A stretch of 64,000 nt of DNA from Bacteroidia bacterium (lineage in GTDB: Bacteria; Bacteroidota; Bacteroidia; B-17B0; Aurantibacillaceae): contig DAOMFS010000005.1 of NCBI GenBank assembly GCA_035429925.1, positions 15,904 to 79,903 of the forward strand, given 5' to 3'. Under the pieces are notes generated by a model. The model made no database searches, was not told the DNA's origin, and saw nothing but the letters and a program-made list of their open reading frames with translations. Both the position numbers and the translations under genes were made by a program. Numbering within the stretch: position 1 is the first letter of the stretch; each line of letters opens with the position of its first letter. Positions 28,791 to 35,468 of the stretch are shown here, in pieces.

Positions 28791-29654
28791 ATGACTGCTA
28801 AAACCAAGAAAAAAAAACCTGCCCGTTCAAAGGCAAAACCAGCTAAAAAATCCGCCAAAAAATCAGCCAGGAAGGCTGCCAGAAAAGCCACCAGAAAATC
28901 GGCAAAGAAGGCCGCTAAAAAAAACGAAAAAAAAGCGGTAAAAAAATTAAAGCGTACAAAACCGGTGAAGAAAAAATCGGCAGCAAAAGCGAAGAAAACA
29001 CCTAAAAAAGCTGCTGCCAAACCGGCGAAAAAGAAAAGTCCTGCCAAGGTAAAAGCCAAGGCGAAAAAAAGTCCCGTTAAAGCAAAACGCGTTAAGGCCC
29101 CGGCAAAAGTAAGCAAAGCGCCTGCAAAGCCTAAAGTTAAAAAGCCAACAGTAAGTAAACCTGCGGCTGCGCCTGCTGCACCTGCCTTTCAGGTACACCG
29201 TACATCGCTAAAAGCCGGCGACAAAGCACCTTATTTTCATGGCACTGATCAAAACGGAAACGTCATCAGTCTCGATAATTACGCGGGCAAAAAAGTGATA
29301 TTGTACTTCTATCCCAAAGATGATACCGAGGGGTGTACCAAGGAAGCATGCAATTTGCGTGACGAATACAGGGTACTCGGAGATAAAAATTACGATGTGG
29401 TTGGCGTGAGCGCGGATGACCAATCTTCGCACGCGGCTTTTGCTGGAAAATACAATCTGCCTTTTCCACTGATCGCTGACACCAGCAAAACCATCATCAT
29501 GGATTACGATGTGTGGGGACCTAAAATGATGATGGGAAATGTGTATGATGGCATTGTGCGAACCACCTTTGTGATAGATGAACAAGGCACCATTGAAAGG
29601 GTGATCTATGATGTGGATACCGCGGCCCATGCCCAACAAATCATGAACGGGTAA
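28791..29654 (+). CDS. bcp: thioredoxin-dependent peroxiredoxin Bcp with ~135-aa N-terminal histone-H1-like Lys/Ala/Pro-rich extension
   Basis: The C-terminal 150 aa (KAGDKAPYFHGTDQNGNVISLDNYAGKKVILYFYPKDDTEGCTKEAC) carry the Bcp/PrxQ peroxidatic-Cys motif. The N-terminus is KKSAKK/AKPAKK-type repeats. There is no in-frame ATG/GTG/TTG near the Bcp domain boundary, so the tail must be co-translated. Confidence 0.8.
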   Translation: MTAKTKKKKPARSKAKPAKKSAKKSARKAARKATRKSAKKAAKKNEKKAVKKLKRTKPVKKKSAAKAKKTPKKAAAKPAKKKSPAKVKAKAKKSPVKAKRVKAPAKVSKAPAKPKVKKPTVSKPAAAPAAPAFQVHRTSLKAGDKAPYFHGTDQNGNVISLDNYAGKKVILYFYPKDDTEGCTKEACNLRDEYRVLGDKNYDVVGVSADDQSSHAAFAGKYNLPFPLIADTSKTIIMDYDVWGPKMMMGNVYDGIVRTTFVIDEQGTIERVIYDVDTAAHAQQIMNG

Positions 29655-29725
29655 TTTTTCGACAAAAACTTGTCGGATAAAAGAAAACCTGTAAATTTGC
29701 AGCCCGATCGAAAAGATTGGGTTTC

Positions 29726-29799
29726 GGATTGGTAGTTCAGCTGGTTAGAATGCCGCCCTGTCACGGCGGAGGTCGCGGGTTCGAGTCCCGTCCAGTCCG
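29726..29799 (+). tRNA. tRNA-Asp (anticodon GTC)
   Basis: Cloverleaf folded by eye: acceptor GGATTGG/CCAGTCC (one G-U), D stem GTTC/GAAT, anticodon stem CCGCC/GGCGG with loop CTGTCAC, T arm GCGGG-TTCGAGT-CCCGT, discriminator G. No CCA is encoded. Confidence 0.9.
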
Positions 29800-29815
29800 C
29801 AAATAAATACTAAAA

Positions 29816-29848
29816 AAGAGTCACGCAAGGCGTGACTCTTTTGTTTTT
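29816..29848 (+). terminator. rho-independent terminator after tRNA-Asp
   Basis: 10-bp stem AAGAGTCACG/CGTGACTCTT with loop CAAGG, followed by TTTTGTTTTT. Confidence 0.65.
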
Positions 29849-30241
29849 CCAAATGCGTCAAAAGCTTGCTTTTGCAAGCATGAAGGAAAAACAAAAAGGG
29901 CTGCGCAGCAGACCGCTTTTTAGCATTTTGACTCTGGGACGCCCAGGGCCCATGGGCGAAGCCCATAATCCCGTCTCCAAAAACTTGATCTCCAAATGCC
30001 TCAAAAGCTTGCCTTTGTAAGCATGAAGGAAAAACAAAATGGGCTGCGCAGCAGACCGCTTTTTAGCATTTTGAACTGGGACGCCCAGGGCCCATGGGCG
30101 AAGCCCATAATCCCGTCTCCAAAAACCTGATCTCCAAATGCGTCAAAAGCTTGCTTTTGTATGCATGAAGGAAAAACAAAAAGGGCTGCGCAGCAGACCG
30201 CTTTTTAGCATTTTGAACTGGGACGCCCAGGGCCCTTGGGC
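29849..30241. repeat. tandem repeat, 2.75 copies of a ~142-143-nt unit
   Basis: Units start at 29849, 29992 and 30134 (CCAAATGCGTCAAAAGCTTGC...). Copies 1 and 2 differ at about seven positions. Each unit carries three self-complementary blocks. Confidence 0.9.
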
Positions 30242-30247
30242 TTTTGA

Positions 30248-31348
30248 TTAAAAAGGTTTTTTATAGGCCGGATTGTTCAGGAAAGCTGTATCACTCAGAG
30301 TCCTCAGAAATTTTACCAGGTTGGATTTCTGCACAGGTGAAAGCCCCAATCCATAGAGCTTGGCTGGCTTAGTCATCAGCGGATCAATATTCGGAGAATT
30401 CCAGTGTACGCCCGAATTGTAAAACTCCACCACCTCTTCAAGGGTCTGAAACCTGCCATCATGCATATAAGGCGCCGTATATTCTATGTTTCGGAGTGTT
30501 GGGGCACTGAATTTACCCTCATCGTTTATATTTCCGCTGACCAGATATCGGCCAAGATTCTGTCCACTAAGCAGAGAATCGAGGCCGTTGTTATGAAATG
30601 TATTGCTGCTCATCAAGGGGTAGGCGTGACAATGAAAACAATCACCCCGCTCGGTAAAAAAAGTTTCCATGCCTTCGTTCTCATCGGGACTCAGAAATAC
30701 TTCATGCCGGAGATACCTGTCGTACTTTGAATTTCCGGAAACCATGCTCCGCATGAATTGTGAAATGGCATACACAATTTTTAACTGCAAATCGTCATAG
30801 GAAAGTGCAGAGATATCATTGACATCAAAAGCTTTTTTGAACAGAAGCGGATAACGATCGTGTTTCATCAGCTTGCTCACCAAGCCCGGCATGCTGGTAT
30901 TAAAGAATTCGGGGCCAAAATCGCCCAGGCAAAGTCGGTCGAGCACTGTTACTGATCCATTCCAGTTGAAATCCGGATTCCAGGCCAGATTGATGTGTGG
31001 CGGAACAGAAATGCGGTAACCTGAACTGCTCACAAATACGGGACTTGAAAAAGAGAACTGAGGATTATGACAGGATGAACAGGATCTTCCGTTGGTGGAA
31101 AGGATGGGGTCAAAATACAAAGCCCTGCCCAGATAAACGCCTTCGACTGTGAGGCGGTTAAAATCCGGAAATGCAGGAGCGGGAAAACGCTTCGGCACAT
31201 TAAATTCATAAGGCTTTGCCGTGTAGGCCTCTGAGCCATTGAAGGTCCCAATTACTGCGGCACTATCCTTTCGGCAGCTCCAGCAGAGTAAGAGGAGACA
31301 GATGTTCATACTTCCTTTTAACAAATATGTCAAAGCCTTACTGCGCAT
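30248..31348 (-). CDS. di-haem cytochrome c peroxidase / MauG-family enzyme (MbnH-like)
   Basis: Two CxxCH motifs (CSSCH, CFHCH), the family motif PYMHDGRFQTLEEVVEFY, and a lipoprotein-like N-terminus. It lies 4 nt downstream of an MbnP-like gene. Confidence 0.8.
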   Translation of the reverse strand: MRSKALTYLLKGSMNICLLLLCWSCRKDSAAVIGTFNGSEAYTAKPYEFNVPKRFPAPAFPDFNRLTVEGVYLGRALYFDPILSTNGRSCSSCHNPQFSFSSPVFVSSSGYRISVPPHINLAWNPDFNWNGSVTVLDRLCLGDFGPEFFNTSMPGLVSKLMKHDRYPLLFKKAFDVNDISALSYDDLQLKIVYAISQFMRSMVSGNSKYDRYLRHEVFLSPDENEGMETFFTERGDCFHCHAYPLMSSNTFHNNGLDSLLSGQNLGRYLVSGNINDEGKFSAPTLRNIEYTAPYMHDGRFQTLEEVVEFYNSGVHWNSPNIDPLMTKPAKLYGLGLSPVQKSNLVKFLRTLSDTAFLNNPAYKKPF

Positions 31349-31351
31349 ATT

Positions 31352-32098
31352 TTAGTATAGGGTGAATACATCTTTGCCATTACCGGCAATCTTCATCATC
31401 AGAACAGCATTACCCATGGTATAATTGCCATCCTGGTCAAGATCATATTGGTATGGATTCATGAACCACTCGTTCACATTCATGCTCAAATTCAGTTTTA
31501 AGGCTTCACCACTTTTCACCTGAATGTGTTTAAATAAGCGGATCGGTATCCTGCAGGCATTGGTTCCGAGGTGCAAGGCATAGCCAAACAAAGATCCCGC
31601 GTTTCGAAAATACCCCTCCAGTTTTAATACATGATACCCTCCTCCCATGGGCTCAGGCCATACCATATTATTCAGTTCAGTCACTGAGGGGAGTGCATCC
31701 GGACGATTTAAAAGCGAATCCAGACCAATATTAAAACTTAAGCCTATGTAATCGCCAGGTTTGATGTTTCCAAGCGTAAATGTGTTTTTGGAAATGTCTA
31801 ATCCATCCACATAGCAATATCCAAGAAGGCCCTCTGTTGAACTGTCTGCTTTGATCAAAGCGATCTGTGAAAGAAAATAATTTAACCTCTGGAGTGACCA
31901 CACATTTCCGGCCGCATTGGTATACATCAGACTATCCTTAAGCAGAGGCAGATTATCCACACGATAACTTACACTCAAGGCGGAGTAGCTGTTCTCGGGT
32001 GGTGCCGGATTATCATCCTGCCTCTGATTATTTTTCTGACAGGAAAACAAAATCAGAATAAGGCCAATTGTGAACAGAAAAATCCTCAGAACTTTCAT
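31352..32098 (-). CDS. MbnP-like lipoprotein (partner of the di-haem enzyme)
   Basis: Lipobox LILFSC, ~248 aa, directly upstream of the di-haem peroxidase as in mbnP-mbnH pairs. Motifs LNYFLSQIALIKADSS, GDYIGLSFNIGLDS, MVWPEPMGGGYHVLKLEGYF and YALHLG are shared with the paralog at 42919-43668. Confidence 0.6.
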   Translation of the reverse strand: MKVLRIFLFTIGLILILFSCQKNNQRQDDNPAPPENSYSALSVSYRVDNLPLLKDSLMYTNAAGNVWSLQRLNYFLSQIALIKADSSTEGLLGYCYVDGLDISKNTFTLGNIKPGDYIGLSFNIGLDSLLNRPDALPSVTELNNMVWPEPMGGGYHVLKLEGYFRNAGSLFGYALHLGTNACRIPIRLFKHIQVKSGEALKLNLSMNVNEWFMNPYQYDLDQDGNYTMGNAVLMMKIAGNGKDVFTLY

Positions 32099-32301
32099 GC
32101 GTATAGCACGACTCCAGCCGGTACCTCTAAGTTCAGGGATTTCAGTCTTGTCTTAAATGATTTTTATCAGTTTACACGGGATTTAAACTTAAAAGTGAAC
32201 ACGCCAAATATTTAAGGCCAAATCCAATGTAGGCTATGATACTTCTCATACCCCATTTATCCCGTTTTTTCCAAGGCTTGCTGAACTTTGAATAAAAGTT
32301 A

Positions 32302-32321
32302 TTAGATGTTAAAACATCTAA
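32302..32321. promoter_or_regulatory. 20-bp perfect palindrome, candidate operator in the divergent intergenic region
   Basis: TTAGATGTTAAAACATCTAA (9-bp arms TTAGATGTT/AACATCTAA, 2-nt centre) sits 39 nt upstream of ATG 32360. Confidence 0.4.
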
Positions 32322-32359
32322 ATGAATTATTTTGTAAATTACCTAACCATCTACATATT

Positions 32360-33289
32360 ATGAATTTCAGAATACACTTGTTTTTATCCATACTCTTTTT
32401 TGTGCTAACAACGCGTTCAGGCTTTGCACAGGAGAATATGGACAGTCTGATGGACGCAATTTCTGGTCCCCAGAAAGCCAGACCGGTAATGGCCACTTTC
32501 AAAACCACAAGACTTGTGAATATGGTCACCATAGAGCAGGTGAAACGGGGTGAGCTTGATTTCAGGATTTCGCACCGGTTCGACGACATTGCTGGTGATG
32601 CCGGCGGGATCAGTACCTTATATGGTTTTGACAATGTGACCGACATCCGTTTGGGCTTTGATTACGGTATCACAGACCGCTGGGCAGTTGGATTTGGCCG
32701 GAGCAAAGGGGCGTATCAGCGGCGACAGATACTGGATTTCAACACCAAGTTGAAAGTTCTACGTCAAACAGACAACAATGCCATGCCTTTAAGCGTTTCG
32801 GTATTTCTATCTTCTGAACTTTGTACCATGGCTTCATCCAGCGACACCAACTCAACCGTGTATTTTGGCAACAGCCCCTGGCACAGGCTCAATTACGTAT
32901 CGCAGGTGCTCCTGGCCAGAAAGTTCGGAGAACGTTTGTCACTGGAACTGAGCCCAACTTTTGTTCATCGCAATCTGGTTAAATACAACGAGCACAACTC
33001 CAGCTTTGCCCTGGGTTTTGGCTTGCGTTACAAATTCACCAAACGATTTGGTGTGATCATGGATTACTACTACAATTTTGACAAGAACAATACCAAGGCA
33101 AATGGTTATTATGCGCCCCTGGGTTTTGGCATCGAACTGGAAACAGGGGGACATGTGTTTCACCTTCTTTTTGCCAACAACAAGGGCCTGCTCGAAAGCC
33201 AGTACATCACAGAATGCAAAGAGAACTGGCTGGTTGGACAATTCCGTTTTGGTTTCAACATTTCAAGAATATTCAACATTACCAAATAA
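32360..33289 (+). CDS. predicted outer-membrane beta-barrel protein (DUF5777-like by recollection)
   Basis: Signal peptide MNFRIHLFLSILFFVLTTRSGFAQ. Repeated amphipathic beta-strand segments (LGFDYGITDRWAVGFGRS, FALGFGLRYKF, GFGIELETGGHVFHLLFAN, GQFRFGFNISRIF). Confidence 0.5.
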   Translation: MNFRIHLFLSILFFVLTTRSGFAQENMDSLMDAISGPQKARPVMATFKTTRLVNMVTIEQVKRGELDFRISHRFDDIAGDAGGISTLYGFDNVTDIRLGFDYGITDRWAVGFGRSKGAYQRRQILDFNTKLKVLRQTDNNAMPLSVSVFLSSELCTMASSSDTNSTVYFGNSPWHRLNYVSQVLLARKFGERLSLELSPTFVHRNLVKYNEHNSSFALGFGLRYKFTKRFGVIMDYYYNFDKNNTKANGYYAPLGFGIELETGGHVFHLLFANNKGLLESQYITECKENWLVGQFRFGFNISRIFNITK

Positions 33290-33295
33290 GTAGAC

Positions 33296-33979
33296 ATGAA
33301 ACGCATCAATCAATTTAAATTTCTTTTTCTAATGGGATTTTTGATGCTGGGCCTGATCACAGCCTGCACCAAGGATAAAACCCCCGCACCACCCGAGCCC
33401 TGCGATCCCAATAAGGTGTACTATTCAAACGACATCTTTCCGATCATGGCTTCAAGCTGCGCCAAATCAGGCTGTCACGATGCTACTTCCAAACAGGAAG
33501 GCCTTGACCTCAGCACATACAAAGGCTTAATGGAAATTGTAAAACCGGGCAATCCGGGCGGCAGCAAAATAATGGAAGTGATCAATCTGGTGAACAACGA
33601 GAAAAGTATGCCACCTTTACCGAATCCTCCACTCAGCCAAAGTCAGAAAGACATGATCAGCAAGTGGATTTCGGAAGGGGCCTTGAACAATTATTGTGTG
33701 AACAGCAATTGCAACACAGATTCAATCACCTACACAAAAGACATAAAAGACATGCTGGTGAATTGTCAGGCCTGCCACAGTGGTAGCGTCATCAGTAAAG
33801 GCGTTGATCTTTCAAGCTATGCGGGAACCAAAGCTGCCGGGCAAAGCGGAAAATTATACAATGCGGTCGCTCAAAACGGAATGGCGACGGCTATGCCTCA
33901 GGCGCCGGCTCCTAAACTTTCTGACTGCAATGTCTCTAAGATCGATGCCTGGGTAAAAAACGGCATGCCTGAAAAATAA
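33296..33979 (+). CDS. lipoprotein with two cytochrome-c-like repeats (Planctomycete-cytochrome-C-type)
   Basis: Lipobox LITAC. Two repeats: IFPIMASSCAKSGCHDATSKQEGLDLSTYKGL (CX4CH) and IKDMLVNCQACHSGSVISKGVDLSSYAGT (canonical CxxCH). Confidence 0.55.
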   Translation: MKRINQFKFLFLMGFLMLGLITACTKDKTPAPPEPCDPNKVYYSNDIFPIMASSCAKSGCHDATSKQEGLDLSTYKGLMEIVKPGNPGGSKIMEVINLVNNEKSMPPLPNPPLSQSQKDMISKWISEGALNNYCVNSNCNTDSITYTKDIKDMLVNCQACHSGSVISKGVDLSSYAGTKAAGQSGKLYNAVAQNGMATAMPQAPAPKLSDCNVSKIDAWVKNGMPEK

Positions 33980-33984
33980 AAGGA

Positions 33985-35307
33985 TTATTTTTTGCGTTTT
34001 GATCGGCTGAGTGCAAGAGCCCTTCTTTGGCTTTCCTGCCTTCGTTTACCGCCCAGCTGCACTTTTTTATTTTTGGCTTTCTTTTCATGAAACGCACCAC
34101 CGCCCGATATTGTGCTAAGCTTTCGGGCTGTCTTCTTTATTCTGGTTTTGGGCATTTCCTCTTCTGTGAGCAGATTTGAAACATCCACGTCAGGTGGTAA
34201 TTCTTCCAGCCTGATCTTTTGTTTCATTAGTTTTTCAGCAGCTTTCACCGCGGTAAGATCTTGTTGAGTCAGCAGACTTAAGGCTCTGCCCATCTGCCGG
34301 GCCCTGCCGGTCCTGCCAATTCTGTGTATATAGGTGTTAGGATCAGTCGGAAAATCAAAATTGATCACCATTTCGAGGTCTTTCAGATCCAGTCCGCGGG
34401 CAATCACGTCGGTAGCAACCAGCATGGTGATCTCTCCCTTTTCAAAATTTGCCAGGGTCTGGAAACGGTTTGACTGAGACTTATTGGAATGAATAAATCC
34501 GATTTGTTCTGAAAAAGAGGCAAGTTCTGTTTCGAGATGGTTTGCAACGGTTTTGTTTCTCACAAACACAAGCATTCTGCCTTTTTGTTCAGGGCTGGAC
34601 AGAAGATGTTTGAGGTAATTGATACGGGTATTCTGATTCGGAAAAACGATGGCCGATTGCTGAATGTTCGCCAAAGCCGTACCTCGTGACACCGTTTCAA
34701 CGTATTCTGGATCTCTGAAATGCAGGAGCAATTCCTTTTCGGATTCCTCACTTAATGTGGCCGAAAAAGAAATATTCTGACGCCTTGCAGGAAGAGCGTC
34801 CAATATGCGGGTCAACTGCGGACGAAAACCCAGGTTAAACATCTCGTCAACCTCATCCACCACCAGTTTTTTTACATTGTTCAGCAGAACAGAACGGCTC
34901 AGCATAAGGTCGATAAGACGACCTGGGGTAGCTATAAGTATATCCAGGCCTTCGTATATCCTCTGTTTTTGTTTGTTGATATTCGACTCGCCGTACACTC
35001 CAAATATTCTGACTGAGCTGTATTTGGATAATTGCCGGGCAATTTCAGCCACCTGTTCAACCAGTTCCCTTGTTGGTACCAGAATCAACACCCTTGGATG
35101 GCGCTCACGGCTGAAATTTAATTGTTGAAGAACGGGCAAAAGATAGGCAATGGTTTTACCGGTACCAGTTTGAGCCACACCCAACATGTCTTTGCCTGAC
35201 ATCACCACTGGAAAGGACCTTTCCTGAATGTCCGTCTGCATCTCGAAACCTAAGTCACCAAGAGCGTTCAGTAGTCCTTTTTGGAGCTTTAATTCACTGA
35301 ATTTCAT
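33985..35307 (-). CDS. DEAD-box ATP-dependent RNA helicase (RhlE-like)
   Basis: Motif I AQTGTGKT, motif II VDEVD (a DEAD variant), SAT, motif VI HRIGRTGRA, and a basic C-terminal tail. Confidence 0.9.
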   Translation of the reverse strand: MKFSELKLQKGLLNALGDLGFEMQTDIQERSFPVVMSGKDMLGVAQTGTGKTIAYLLPVLQQLNFSRERHPRVLILVPTRELVEQVAEIARQLSKYSSVRIFGVYGESNINKQKQRIYEGLDILIATPGRLIDLMLSRSVLLNNVKKLVVDEVDEMFNLGFRPQLTRILDALPARRQNISFSATLSEESEKELLLHFRDPEYVETVSRGTALANIQQSAIVFPNQNTRINYLKHLLSSPEQKGRMLVFVRNKTVANHLETELASFSEQIGFIHSNKSQSNRFQTLANFEKGEITMLVATDVIARGLDLKDLEMVINFDFPTDPNTYIHRIGRTGRARQMGRALSLLTQQDLTAVKAAEKLMKQKIRLEELPPDVDVSNLLTEEEMPKTRIKKTARKLSTISGGGAFHEKKAKNKKVQLGGKRRQESQRRALALSRSKRKK

Positions 35308-35468
35308 ATCACTTGCAAGATATGCACTTTAGGATGATACTTCAGACTCTGACTTTATTATCTTTTGAAACAGAGGATATTCCAGAAACAAAAACTTGAC
35401 ATCTTAACATTTTTTTACTATTATTACCTTTCAGAATTGTTCTGAATACTAACCAAACGAACAACACT

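Noticed and set aside
28775-29198. Antisense ORFs of 113 and 83 aa (F/L/A-rich or R/F/C-rich) opposite the Lys-rich tail of the Bcp fusion.
   Set aside because: These are low-complexity shadow frames of AAR/GCN repeats. The sense frame continues into a bona fide Bcp domain.
29745-30020. ORFs 29745-29966 (minus) and 29832-30020 (plus).
   Set aside because: The first overlaps the tRNA-Asp gene and its terminator. Both run through the tandem repeat, and their frames are not preserved between repeat copies.
29849-30241. Possible CRISPR array or integrative-element att duplication next to tRNA-Asp.
   Set aside because: The repeats are ~142 nt long and directly abutting, with no unique spacers, and no cas genes are present. 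The unit does not contain the tRNA 3' end, and no integrase or transposase is nearby.
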